Assembly: GCA_964637135.1 (NCBI GenBank)
Contig: CAZWTX010000015.1
Coordinates: 1 to 56,521, forward strand
Length of the DNA stretch: 56,521 nucleotides
DNA from: an uncultured Methanospirillum sp.
GTDB taxonomy: Archaea; Halobacteriota; Methanomicrobia; Methanomicrobiales; Methanospirillaceae
Direction: 5' to 3'
Every line of letters starts with the position of its first letter. Position 1 is the stretch's first letter. The notes beneath the pieces were generated by a model that saw nothing but the letters and a program-made list of their open reading frames with translations, was not told the DNA's origin and ran no database searches. The translations under genes and the position numbers were made by a program. Of the stretch, positions 1-9,652 are shown piece by piece.

Positions 1-1
1 G

Positions 2-103
2 CAGGAACAGGCACAGGCTTCAGCAGCCCCGGAAACCGGTGGCGAAGCGAAGTCCGGCGATGACAATGTCGTCGATGCAGACTTCACCGAGAAGAAGGAG
101 TAG
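2..103 (+). CDS. dnaK: Chaperone DnaK, C-terminal tail (partial, runs off window start)
   Basis: Frame from nt 2 reads [39 protein letters not shown] is the typical DnaK tail, and it lies 8 nt upstream of dnaJ. Confidence 0.9.
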   Translation, partial: QEQAQASAAPETGGEAKSGDDNVVDADFTEKKE

Positions 104-111
104 AGCCCGAA

Positions 112-1242
112 ATGGTTGCGGCGGATTACTACGAGATCCTGGGGGTATCCAGGACTGCCGATGAGAAAGAACTGAAAAAAGCCTACCGCAACCTGGCCCG
201 GAAATATCATCCTGACGTGAACAAGGATCCCGGAGCCGAAGACAAGTTCAAGGAGATTAACGAGGCATACAGCGTCCTCTCCGACAGCCAGAAACGGGCC
301 CAGTACGATCACCTGGGGCATGAGAACTTCACCAATGCCTCGAAGGGATCGTACGGCGGCGGTGGATACGGCGGCGGGTTCAATGCCGATTTCTCCGGGT
401 TCGGGGATATCTTTGACTTTGCGAGCGATATCTTCGGCGGAGGCCGGCGCCGGGGGGGGCCCCGCCGGGGTGACGATCTCCTCATGCGGCTCGAGGTCTC
501 GCTGAAGGATGCCGTCTTCGGCGTTGACCGGGATATCGAGGTGCTCCATGCCGAGGCCTGTAAAACCTGCAACGGAACCGGATCAGAGACGAAGAACCTG
601 AAGACCTGTCCGAAGTGCAACGGTTCCGGGCAGGTAAGGCAGGCAACCCAGACCCCGTTCGGCAACTTTGTCCGGCAGACGACCTGCGACGCCTGTCACG
701 GCCGGGGGAAGATAGCGGAAAAACCCTGTCCGTCCTGTCACGGCACCGGTCACTCGAAGGTGAAACGGACCGTGTCAGTGCATATCCCGGCAGGTGTCGA
801 GACCGGGATGCGGCTCCGGCTCGAGGGGTACGGAGAGGCCGGGGACTTTGGGGCTCCGAACGGGGATCTCTACCTTGAGCTCCATGTGAAACCCGACTCG
901 CGGTTCAGGCGTGATGGTGATACCCTTCTGGTGCAGGTGTCCATCTCGCCGGCCCAGGCGGTACTCGGAACAACGGTCACCGTCCAGACCATCGACAACC
1001 GGAACCTCGAGGTGAAGGTGCCTGCCGGGACACAGACCGGGAAACGGCTCCGGCTCGCCGGGGAAGGCGTGCGGAAACGCGGACGCCCGGGAGATCTCCT
1101 CGTCCAGGTGGACGTCGTCATCCCGAAGAATGTCTCCGGACCGGCGAAAGAATATTACGAGAAGATCCTTGAACTCGAAGGGACCCCGAAAGGCGACGGA
1201 AATGATAAGAAAGGATTCTTCGAATCCATCCTTAAAGGCTAA
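112..1242 (+). CDS. dnaJ: Chaperone DnaJ
   Basis: J domain with HPD, G/F-rich linker, four CxxCxGxG repeats, C-terminal domain. Confidence 0.98.
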   Translation: MVAADYYEILGVSRTADEKELKKAYRNLARKYHPDVNKDPGAEDKFKEINEAYSVLSDSQKRAQYDHLGHENFTNASKGSYGGGGYGGGFNADFSGFGDIFDFASDIFGGGRRRGGPRRGDDLLMRLEVSLKDAVFGVDRDIEVLHAEACKTCNGTGSETKNLKTCPKCNGSGQVRQATQTPFGNFVRQTTCDACHGRGKIAEKPCPSCHGTGHSKVKRTVSVHIPAGVETGMRLRLEGYGEAGDFGAPNGDLYLELHVKPDSRFRRDGDTLLVQVSISPAQAVLGTTVTVQTIDNRNLEVKVPAGTQTGKRLRLAGEGVRKRGRPGDLLVQVDVVIPKNVSGPAKEYYEKILELEGTPKGDGNDKKGFFESILKG

Positions 1243-1244
1243 AT

Positions 1245-1257
1245 CTTTATTTTTTTC
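1245..1257 (+). terminator. Oligo-T archaeal terminator candidate after dnaJ
   Basis: TCTTTATTTTTTT immediately after the stop codon. Confidence 0.45.
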
Positions 1258-1315
1258 CCGATTGTTCTGATTAGGCATCCAAAAGCTTAACTGGCTTTAA
1301 AGAGAGATTCTTTGT

Positions 1316-1678
1316 ATGGGCAGGCTCCTTCTGGTAGATGATGCTGCGTACATGCGTCGGCTTGTCGGCATCATGGCAAAAAAAGGAGGGCATGAGATTG
1401 TCGGGGAGGCAGAGACGGGGGCTGAGGCTATCGAGCGGTACAAGGAGTTGAAGCCGGATCTGGTCGTTCTTGACATCCTGATGCCAGACGGCAGCGGACT
1501 GGAAGTCCTTAAACAGCTGAAAGAGATCAATCCGGAGGTCAGGGTCATCATGTGCACGGCATCCGAACAGTCAATACATGTCGATGAAGCACTCCGTTCG
1601 GGGGCAAAAGGCTATGTTGTCAAGCCGTTTTCACAGGCCGATCTCCTTGAAAAGATCGATACCGCTCTTTCTTCGTAA
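1316..1678 (+). CDS. cheY: Single-domain response regulator (CheY-like receiver)
   Basis: LLVDD, phospho-acceptor Asp in VLDILMP, conserved Thr (CTA) and KPF; 120 aa. Confidence 0.85.
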   Translation: MGRLLLVDDAAYMRRLVGIMAKKGGHEIVGEAETGAEAIERYKELKPDLVVLDILMPDGSGLEVLKQLKEINPEVRVIMCTASEQSIHVDEALRSGAKGYVVKPFSQADLLEKIDTALSS

Positions 1679-1726
1679 GGATTCCCCAGCCTCCTTTATG
1701 CGACTGTGCAACCAACCTGTTCAGCC

Positions 1727-2701
1727 GTGAAATGTATTCTTGAACTCTCCGGTGAACACCCGGACCTTCCCAGGGAAGAGATTGCCGCAATAGGGAAGGT
1801 CACCGGGCACCGGACCCAGGTTGCGGTTGCCGAGATTGCGCATCCTGAACAGGTCAGCCGGCTTGCCTATACCCATGTCGCGATGCAGTACCTCGGCGAG
1901 TGCGACGCTGATGAGGCTGCATTCTCCATACTGCTTGACGATCTCGCGATAGAATCAGACAAACCCTTCTGCGCTCGGGTCAGGAAGATGGCTGATTCAG
2001 GTCTTGACGCCTCAACGACGTTCCTGGAGCGGATGATCGGATCCCGGATACGGGGACCGGTCTCGGTCTCTGCGCCGGAACGGGTATACCGGGCGGTCGT
2101 GTCCGGTGGGCGGATCTTTTTCGGAGAGGTCTTCTTCACCCTTGATCGGGATCCCTACCATGAGCGAAAGCCAGGGAACCGTGCATTTTTCCACCCGGGG
2201 GTGATGATGCCGAGAATGGTCCGGGCCCTGGTCAACCTCTCCGGGGCAGCGCCCGCTTCAACGGTGCTCGATCCCTTTTGCGGCACCGGCGGGACACTGA
2301 TAGAGGCAGGAATGATCGGCTGCCGGGCAGTCGGAACCGATGCCGATCCGCTAATGGTCGCAGGAACCTGCCAAAACCTACCCGGGGCGTATGTCGCGGT
2401 TGCCGATGTCAGGCACCTGCCGTTTCCCGATGGCTCCATCGATCACGTGGTCTCCGATCTCCCGTACGGCCAGTCGGTGTTCATCATTGGTTCAGGGCTC
2501 GATCTCCTGTACCGGGATGCCCTTGCCGAGATACGGCGGGTCATCCGGCCGGGGAAGCGATCGGTGATCGTGACACATCGCGATATCCGTCCCCTTGTCG
2601 GGGAGTTCTTCACGATAACCGGGTACTATGAACAGCGGGTGCACCGGAGCCTGACCCGGCGGATCCTCGTGGTAACCCGTCCCGACCGGCCAGCGACGTG
2701 A
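1727..2701 (+). CDS. tRNA (guanine-10-N2)-(di)methyltransferase, Trm11/TrmG10 family (THUMP + MTase)
   Basis: ELSGEHP N-terminus, FFHPGVM, LDPFCGTGG SAM motif, DLPYG, QRVHRSLTR. GTG at 1727 is the more likely start than 1706. Confidence 0.85.
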   Translation: MKCILELSGEHPDLPREEIAAIGKVTGHRTQVAVAEIAHPEQVSRLAYTHVAMQYLGECDADEAAFSILLDDLAIESDKPFCARVRKMADSGLDASTTFLERMIGSRIRGPVSVSAPERVYRAVVSGGRIFFGEVFFTLDRDPYHERKPGNRAFFHPGVMMPRMVRALVNLSGAAPASTVLDPFCGTGGTLIEAGMIGCRAVGTDADPLMVAGTCQNLPGAYVAVADVRHLPFPDGSIDHVVSDLPYGQSVFIIGSGLDLLYRDALAEIRRVIRPGKRSVIVTHRDIRPLVGEFFTITGYYEQRVHRSLTRRILVVTRPDRPAT

Positions 2702-2752
2702 CCGGACAGGGAGGAGGTTTATCTGTAACCTTCCCTAAATGAGATAGTCTGT

Positions 2753-3361
2753 ATGGCCTTCACATTCTTTTTCAGGGATGCCCAGACACTCACCCTCGCA
2801 ATAGAACATTTTATCCCCTTTGTCCAGAGCAGATCCCGGATATATGTCTGGAGTGCCGGCGCTGCGATGGGACAGGAGCCATACACGCTCGCTATCCTCC
2901 TTCGGGAGCACATGGGGCCGCATCTCTTCAAGAATATCCGCCTGTTTGCCACCGATATTGATCCTGATAACCAGTACCGCCCGGTCATCGAGGCGGGAGT
3001 ATACCCGCTCCGCGACCTTGAGCGGATCCCCCCTGATATCCTCCAGCGGTACTTCCGTGCCCATCCTGAAAAACCGGACTTTTGCATCCTGAACGAGGAG
3101 ATCATGAATGCGGTTGTCTTCCAGAAACATGATCTCCTCAGTTTTGAGCCGATCCGCTCTGGCATTCACATGATCGTCTGCAAGAATGTCCTCCTTCATT
3201 TCACTCCCGAAGAGCGGCTCGCGGTCTGGAAGATGTTCTGGAGTTCCCTTGAAACGGGCGGGTTTATGCTCCATGAACACACACAGAAACTTCCTGAGGA
3301 GATGGACGGGAAATTTGACCAGATCGTGATGAATGCCCAGATCTTCAGGAAGAAAAGCTGA
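2753..3361 (+). CDS. cheR: Short CheR-type SAM-dependent methyltransferase (no N-terminal helical domain)
   Basis: TFFFRD, VWSAG..GQEPYTLA, ATDID, HDLL, IVCKNVLLHF motifs. Confidence 0.8.
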   Translation: MAFTFFFRDAQTLTLAIEHFIPFVQSRSRIYVWSAGAAMGQEPYTLAILLREHMGPHLFKNIRLFATDIDPDNQYRPVIEAGVYPLRDLERIPPDILQRYFRAHPEKPDFCILNEEIMNAVVFQKHDLLSFEPIRSGIHMIVCKNVLLHFTPEERLAVWKMFWSSLETGGFMLHEHTQKLPEEMDGKFDQIVMNAQIFRKKS

Positions 3362-3363
3362 GC

Positions 3364-3963
3364 ATGCTGATATCCAATCTGACCACCGGGAGCCACGAGT
3401 ATACCTCGAATGCGTACCACGTTACCGGGTCGTATTATTCCCTGTCAGATCTCAACACGCTCATTGATGCCGGCAGGGATCCGGCAATAATGGATACCCT
3501 GAAACAGATCCGGACCGGCATCGGGAAGAAACCCGTGGAACAGATTTTCCTCACCCATTCCCATTTCGATCATGCCGAGATGTGCAGGCAGGTGATCATA
3601 TCATGGGGAGTCCCGGTATATGCCCATCCGGCCTCCCGGCTCACCGGGGTAATCCCGGTCGGCGACCGGCAGTACTGCCATATCGGGGATCGGGACTGCG
3701 AGATCATCCATACTCCCGGGCATAGCGAGGACTCGATCTGCATCCTCTGCAGGGAAGAGGGAATTCTCTTCTCCGGCGATTCTCCGGTCAGGATCTATAC
3801 CCCCGACGGGGAGTACCCCGGGGCATACCTGGAGGCGTTCGAGTATATCTGCTCGCAGCCGGTACGGGTGATCTATCCCGGCCACGGGGATCCCATCACC
3901 GAGAATACCGCATCCATCCTGGAACAGTCCCTGAACAACCTGCGCAAAAGCCGGATTTTCTGA
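3364..3963 (+). CDS. MBL-fold metallo-hydrolase
   Basis: THSHFDH, HTPGHS, FSGD, YPGHG. Confidence 0.9.
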   Translation: MLISNLTTGSHEYTSNAYHVTGSYYSLSDLNTLIDAGRDPAIMDTLKQIRTGIGKKPVEQIFLTHSHFDHAEMCRQVIISWGVPVYAHPASRLTGVIPVGDRQYCHIGDRDCEIIHTPGHSEDSICILCREEGILFSGDSPVRIYTPDGEYPGAYLEAFEYICSQPVRVIYPGHGDPITENTASILEQSLNNLRKSRIF

Positions 3964-3965
3964 TC

Positions 3966-4571
3966 ATGGGATCTGCACACGTCACCAATCTCACGGAAAA
4001 AAGCGAGATCTATACCGCGAATGCCTGGCTGTACGCCTGCGATGAGGGGGGGGAGGGGTGTCTCTCCCTGATCGATACCGGCTGTGATCCGCGGATCCTC
4101 TTCCAGCTCAGGGATCTGTGGCGAAAGACCGGTTCCCGGCCGCTTGACCAGATCCTCCTCACCCACGGTCATTATGATCATGCGAAAATGGTCAGGCCGA
4201 TTGTTGAGGAGTTTCCCGTTCCGGTGTACGGATGGTCCTCGTATACGCCGGGGATCGATCACGTCTTCGCTGACCACCAGGAGATCCGGGCAGGACCCGA
4301 TACCCTTGAGATCATCCATGTGCCTGGTCATACCACCGATTCGGTTGTGATATACTCGAGAAATGAGGGATTTCTCTTCTCCGGTGACAGTCCGATCTTC
4401 ATCTGGGGAACGGACGGAACGTACGAACCGATGTTTGTGCACGCGTTTGAGACGATCATGGATCTCGATGTCACCACAATCTATCCCGGCCATGGCGAAC
4501 CGGTCACCGAGGATGTGCGTTCCGTCCTTGAATCATCGTACCGGAACCTGAAGAGAAGCCGGATCATATAG
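3966..4571 (+). CDS. MBL-fold metallo-hydrolase (tandem paralog)
   Basis: THGHYDH, HVPGHT, FSGD, YPGHG; colinear with the preceding gene. Confidence 0.9.
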   Translation: MGSAHVTNLTEKSEIYTANAWLYACDEGGEGCLSLIDTGCDPRILFQLRDLWRKTGSRPLDQILLTHGHYDHAKMVRPIVEEFPVPVYGWSSYTPGIDHVFADHQEIRAGPDTLEIIHVPGHTTDSVVIYSRNEGFLFSGDSPIFIWGTDGTYEPMFVHAFETIMDLDVTTIYPGHGEPVTEDVRSVLESSYRNLKRSRII

Positions 4572-4628
4572 CCTCTCCGGCATCTCTATATGCAGGCATT
4601 TTAACGCCATCGTCCCTATGTATAGGGA

Positions 4629-5936
4629 GTGAAGACGGTAATTCTCGGAGGAGGCCTGGCCGGCATCACCCTGGCCCGTCTCCTTGCAGAGCGTGGAGAG
4701 GAGGTCCTGGTCCTGGAACGGGAGGATCGTCCGGGAGGACTCTGCAGATCAATAACCTTTGGAGGATTCACCTTTGACGCCGGGGGATCCCATATCCTCT
4801 TTTCCCGTGATAATGAGGTGCTCTCGTTCATTCACCGTGTTCTCGGCGGGAACCGGGGCGAGCGAAAACGGAATACCAAGGTCAGGTACAAGGACCGGTA
4901 CGTCCGCTACCCGTTCGAGAACGGTCTTTCCGAGCTCCCGAAAGAGGACTGTTTTACCTGCCTGAACGAGTTCGTGAAGAACCGGATGGCAATCGAGCGG
5001 GGGGAGGTCGCCCCGCCGGCAAATTTCCGTGACTGGATCCTATACACATTCGGGAAGGGGATCGGGGATGCCTACCTGATCCCGTACAACGAGAAGATCT
5101 GGAATTATCCCCTTGACCAGATGTCCCTCCACTGGGTTGAAGGACGGGTGCCCCGCCCGCCGGTGGAGGATATCATCCGGTCTGCCGTCGGGATCGAGAC
5201 GGAAGGGTATACCCACCAGGCCGTTTTTTCCTACCCGGTCACCGGGGGGATAGAGGCCCTGATCCACGCGATGGCCGGCCCGGTTGCAAGCCAAATCCGG
5301 ACCGGTTTTTCCGTCCGGTCGGTCAGGAAGACACCGTCCGGGTGGGAAGTCTCCGACGGGAACGAGACGATTGCTGCAGACCGGGTGATCAGCACGATCC
5401 CGCTCCAGCACCTTGCCCCCTGCCTTGAGGCCCTTCCCGAAGCGGTCAGGACCGCGATCGGTGACCTAAAATATAACTCGGTGGCCTGTATCGGGATCGG
5501 GCTCTCGGGAGAGACGCTCCCCTACTCCTGGGTCTATCTCCCCGGCCGGGATCACTCGTATGCAAACCGGATATCGTTTCCCTCGAACTTCTCGGAGACC
5601 GTCGCCCCGGCCGGGTGTTCCTCGATTCTTGCCGAGATCACCTACAATGCCGGTGACGATATCGACCGGATGAGCGATGACGCCATCCGTGACCATGTCA
5701 TAACGACGCTCGGGGCAGCCGGGATCCTCGATCCGGCACAGGTCGTGGAGACCTGTGTCGTGCGAAACCCGTTCGCCTATGTCGTCTACGATCTCGCCTG
5801 GCAGCGGAACATGCAGACGATCCGGTCCTACTTCTCCGGGATCGGGCTTCCACTCGTCGGAAGGTTCTCAGAGTTTGAGTACCTGAACATGGACGGGGTT
5901 ATCAGGTCTGTCCTGAACTTCGTGGGTGAGCCCTGA
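4629..5936 (+). CDS. FAD-dependent oxidoreductase (protoporphyrinogen oxidase / UDP-galactopyranose mutase-like)
   Basis: GGGLAG dinucleotide fold, GGLCRS, FDAGGSH, PYNEKIW, GRFSEFEYLNMD; coupled to glycosyltransferase genes. Confidence 0.8.
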   Translation: MKTVILGGGLAGITLARLLAERGEEVLVLEREDRPGGLCRSITFGGFTFDAGGSHILFSRDNEVLSFIHRVLGGNRGERKRNTKVRYKDRYVRYPFENGLSELPKEDCFTCLNEFVKNRMAIERGEVAPPANFRDWILYTFGKGIGDAYLIPYNEKIWNYPLDQMSLHWVEGRVPRPPVEDIIRSAVGIETEGYTHQAVFSYPVTGGIEALIHAMAGPVASQIRTGFSVRSVRKTPSGWEVSDGNETIAADRVISTIPLQHLAPCLEALPEAVRTAIGDLKYNSVACIGIGLSGETLPYSWVYLPGRDHSYANRISFPSNFSETVAPAGCSSILAEITYNAGDDIDRMSDDAIRDHVITTLGAAGILDPAQVVETCVVRNPFAYVVYDLAWQRNMQTIRSYFSGIGLPLVGRFSEFEYLNMDGVIRSVLNFVGEP

Positions 5937-6910
5937 TGAATGTCAACTTTGTCGTCGAGGACATGTTTGTCTTCAAGTACATCGGGTGCTCGACGGTGGC
6001 GAGGTCAATATATACCTGTCTGAAGAAGCAGGGCGACCTCAACCTGACCTGGGACCGGTTCCGTCTGGATGCCGATATCTCCCATTACCATACGTTCGGC
6101 CCGATCGCCCTCCTCAACCGACGGCTTGCCGGGGGAACGCGGATCCTGACCGCCCACTCGACTCCCCGGGTCAATATCGGGAACCTTGCCCTGACCCAGG
6201 CGATCAACAACCGGTACCCTGATATCTACCGGAAGTTTGATCACATTATCACGATCTCGGAGTCCTGCGAGCAGGAGGTCAGGGAGATGGTCCCCGATGT
6301 CCCGGTGACCCGGATCCCGAACGGGATCGATCGTTCCTATTTCCGGCCTGATCCGGAGAAGCGGGATGCATTCCGTGAGATATGGGGGATCGACGAGGCC
6401 GAGCGGGTGGTGCTGAACGTGGCCCAGGTCAGTCCGCGGAAAGGATTTTACGACTTCATGGAACTTGCAGCCCATTATCCCGAGCACCGGTTTGTCTGGG
6501 TCGGGGGGTTTCCGTACGGGCTGGCCTCTAAGGACTACCTTAAGATTAAGTGGATGATCCAGCAGCGGCCTGATAACGTGCTCTTTACCGGGTTTGTCAG
6601 GGATATCGCGGAGGCCTACTGCGGGGCTGATGTCTTCTTCATGCCGACCCATGCGGAGACGTTCGGGCTTGCCGTGCTCGAGGCCCAGGCCTGCGGGTTG
6701 CCGGTGATCGCACGCAATATTCCCGAGTTCCATGAGATCTACGGGGATTCGATCCGGTATTTCTCAACCGTTGAGGATGCCGGACGGCAGCTCCTGGATC
6801 ATGCCGCCCTCTCCTCGTGTGCTGCCGGGGCACGGGATGCAACAGCGAAGTATGATATCAGGGATGTCTGCACGAGCCATGTCAGGCTCTACGAGGAGAT
6901 AATGGCATGA
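5936..6910 (+). CDS. Glycosyltransferase family 4
   Basis: IPNGID, RKG, ETFGLAVLEAQACGLPVI (EX7E motif). Confidence 0.9.
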   Translation: MNVNFVVEDMFVFKYIGCSTVARSIYTCLKKQGDLNLTWDRFRLDADISHYHTFGPIALLNRRLAGGTRILTAHSTPRVNIGNLALTQAINNRYPDIYRKFDHIITISESCEQEVREMVPDVPVTRIPNGIDRSYFRPDPEKRDAFREIWGIDEAERVVLNVAQVSPRKGFYDFMELAAHYPEHRFVWVGGFPYGLASKDYLKIKWMIQQRPDNVLFTGFVRDIAEAYCGADVFFMPTHAETFGLAVLEAQACGLPVIARNIPEFHEIYGDSIRYFSTVEDAGRQLLDHAALSSCAAGARDATAKYDIRDVCTSHVRLYEEIMA

Positions 6911-7605
6911 TTTCAGTGGTAATACCGTCGTTTAACGAAGGAGAGCGGATAGGCCGCTGCCTTGAATCCCTGATGCACCAGACCCTCCCCCGTGACGGGT
7001 ACGAGGTCATCGTGGTGGACGGGGGATCAAAGGACAATACCCGGGAGATCGCCGGGCAGTACGCGGATATTGTCTTTATCCAGACGAGCCCGAAGGTCGG
7101 GGGAGCCCGGAACGATGGTGCCGAACGGGCGTCCGGGTCGATCATTGCGACGACCGATGCGGATACGATCCTCCCGCCCGACTGGCTGGAGCGGATCAAG
7201 GCCGGGTTTGCCGACCCGGACGTCGTGATGCTGTACGGACCGGTGTACCCGATCGAGAACACGATCAAAAACCGGGTCTACCTGAAGATGGCAAATACCT
7301 TTGCCCTTCTCGGGTATGTCACCGGGACGGTGCTCTTCACCCTCGGGTGCAACAGTGCCTTCCGGCGGGATGCATTCGTGCAGGCCGGGATGTACCGGGT
7401 CTCCGATGCCGGGGACGATCTCGAGGTGGCCCGCCGGATGGGTCTTCTCGGGAAGGTGAAATTTGACCGGAAGCTCTTCGTCGGGTTCTCCATGCGGCGG
7501 TATGATCAGTTCGGGGCGATCAAGTCGATCTGGGAGTGGTTTTACATTGTCCTCCAGGGTGGCGAGTCTGAGAAGTACTCGTACACCCGGAAGGAGTACA
7601 AGTAA
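6907..7605 (+). CDS. Glycosyltransferase family 2
   Basis: ISVVIPSFNE, VVDGGSKD, ARNDG, DAD motif. Confidence 0.9.
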   Translation: MISVVIPSFNEGERIGRCLESLMHQTLPRDGYEVIVVDGGSKDNTREIAGQYADIVFIQTSPKVGGARNDGAERASGSIIATTDADTILPPDWLERIKAGFADPDVVMLYGPVYPIENTIKNRVYLKMANTFALLGYVTGTVLFTLGCNSAFRRDAFVQAGMYRVSDAGDDLEVARRMGLLGKVKFDRKLFVGFSMRRYDQFGAIKSIWEWFYIVLQGGESEKYSYTRKEYK

Positions 7606-7786
7606 CCGGATTATCCCGGAGGGGTATCGTGAGCAGGGTTCCCCCGGGTTGCGGGGACCGGTTCTTCTCCGCTGACCTGCCCGATTATCTCATCCGGTTC
7701 CCGGGAGTTCCTGAATAAACCGGACCGATTTGACCGGGATCCGGATCTTATTTATGGCTGCACTTCTTATCTGTATAAGCACAAGG

Positions 7787-7858
7787 GTCCCGGTAGGGTA
7801 GTGGATATCCTAGAAGCCTGCGGAGCTTTTGACCCGGGTTCAAGTCCCGGCCGGGGCG
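7787..7858 (+). tRNA. tRNA-Arg (anticodon GCG), CCA not encoded
   Basis: Acceptor stem GTCCCGG/CCGGGGC, anticodon arm GAAGC-CTGCGGA-GCTTT, T arm CCGGG-TTCAAGT-CCCGG; followed by a T-rich tract. Confidence 0.95.
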
Positions 7859-7869
7859 TCAGATACTGG

Positions 7870-7889
7870 TTTTCTACCTTTTTTTGTTT
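7870..7889 (+). terminator. Oligo-T terminator after tRNA-Arg
   Basis: TTTTCTACCTTTTTTTGTTT. Confidence 0.5.
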
Positions 7890-8460
7890 GACGCTTGTTC
7901 CTCTTATTGCAGGTTTTCCCTGGAAGTATGTCCCTGATGGGATTGCAGGTGATCGGTCCAGTGTCTGCTTTGATACCAATTCGTACTTAATATTGAAAAC
8001 AGTCGATGAAAATCGTATCTCCCGGGGTGATGTTCCCCCATGACCGGGGTTTGTATATGGTACACGAGAGCGAATGGCACCTTTTGGTGGAATCTTCTGC
8101 ACTCTTGGAGTAGAGCCTGATCAGATCTGGGAGGATCTGATTCGATCCACCGGTCTCTGCCAATCGGGAGGTAGTATCGGGAAAAGCATCTGAAGAATGG
8201 GTCTTCCGACGAGTGAGAGAACTACAAATATTGGGAACAGAGTCATGTTGAAGAATTGTGAATTATTTGGATGAATTACAGCAGATTTTAAGGTTACCCG
8301 GCTCACGAATTGAAAAATGGTATGGGAAAAAAATTTTGCCGAATGCCGGATTCTTCCTTCATCTTCCTGGGTATGAGGCAGTCGGTAATCCTGACGGCTG
8401 ATATCATGGAGTGGTCTGGTTCGGCAGAGCTGAAATTCTCTGCCGGTACAGATCATGATA

Positions 8461-8934
8461 CTATACCGGTGACCAGATATTCGCGATACTATCAATATTT
8501 CTACTCTTGACAATCCATAATCCATAGATAAAGAGCATCATTACCACTGATAGTCCAATCATGGATAGTATATCTTTTTCGCTGAAATTCTGTGATATCA
8601 ACAATATAAAGTGGCGGATTATTGCAGTCAGACCGATAACTAAAATCAATTTAATATCAATATTACCACATTTGAGTTCTTTTACCGTTATATAGAGTTC
8701 TACAATGATAATCGTTATTAGTGTTGTACTGATTATTCCGAGTACCTGGGTATCTGACATCGTGCCGTCAAGTCCACAAAAAAACTCATAGATAGACAGA
8801 TATACCGAAAAAAGATTTAATATACCTATAAAGATGAACGAAGTCATTGAGAAGAAGATGAGCAGAATCATCGCAGAATCGATCCAACTAATCTCTTCAG
8901 GTTTTAGTGATCTTATAAATTCAAGTGCCTGCAT
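8461..8934 (-). CDS. PsiE-like (phosphate-starvation-inducible E) membrane protein
   Basis: About four hydrophobic helices, IIIVELYITV and LTAIIRHFI motifs; AT-rich. Confidence 0.65.
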   Translation of the reverse strand: MQALEFIRSLKPEEISWIDSAMILLIFFSMTSFIFIGILNLFSVYLSIYEFFCGLDGTMSDTQVLGIISTTLITIIIVELYITVKELKCGNIDIKLILVIGLTAIIRHFILLISQNFSEKDILSMIGLSVVMMLFIYGLWIVKSRNIDSIANIWSPV

Positions 8935-9309
8935 TTTTTCTCTTACATTGAATGGTGATCAGTGCATATAGTATGACCCGTAAGAACGGATTTATTATCC
9001 GGTTTTGATCAGGGAATTTCCGGCGTCATTGCGTAGTTTCTCAATTGATGGAAGTGACTGACTGCCTGCATCCTTTTTCAGAGAGGTTTTACGGAGAACA
9101 ATTGATGAGAACCGTAATATCGATTGATCCTCCTCAAATATGACCCATTTATGTTTCCAGCCCGTATTCAGAATCGTTTTGTGAAAGACCTCCCCCCGTA
9201 TCCTGGGGGTTTTTCTTGATATCCCCTATGAATAATCGATGAAATCTGAAATGGAGATTCTATATGGTACTGCAGGAACAATTAAAGAGAAGAAAGACTG
9301 ATTGGGAGT

Positions 9310-9591
9310 ATGATACCTCCAATAGAAGAACGAGCAATCAGACCGTGCTATAGTGCAGATGTTTCACGAAGATGTGTCCATTGTCTCTTGGATGATGATG
9401 GTACACTTCACTGTAACTTTAATATGGTCGGAGAAGCGGGATATGCGACAATACTCGGTAATGAGAAAATGCCCAATTTTTTGGAGATAAAATCTCACCG
9501 GTACAATTTATCCGAAGAAGAATCCAGAAATCAACCGTGCATTTATCACCTCACTGAAAAAGAATACTCCGAATCGATGATAGGGTACTGA
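9310..9591 (+). CDS. Hypothetical Cys/His-containing protein
   Basis: ATG preceded by GGGAG; 93-aa ORF with CxxC and several further Cys/His. Confidence 0.55.
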   Translation: MIPPIEERAIRPCYSADVSRRCVHCLLDDDGTLHCNFNMVGEAGYATILGNEKMPNFLEIKSHRYNLSEEESRNQPCIYHLTEKEYSESMIGY

Positions 9592-9652
9592 TACCGGGAA
9601 CATCTTCTATTGGTAGTCTTTCCAACATTGAAAACCTCTCCCCTCATTTCCT

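Noticed and set aside
7801..8043. 80-aa ORF (and 7767-8102 on the minus strand)
   Set aside because: Overlaps tRNA-Arg; spurious translation of the RNA gene.
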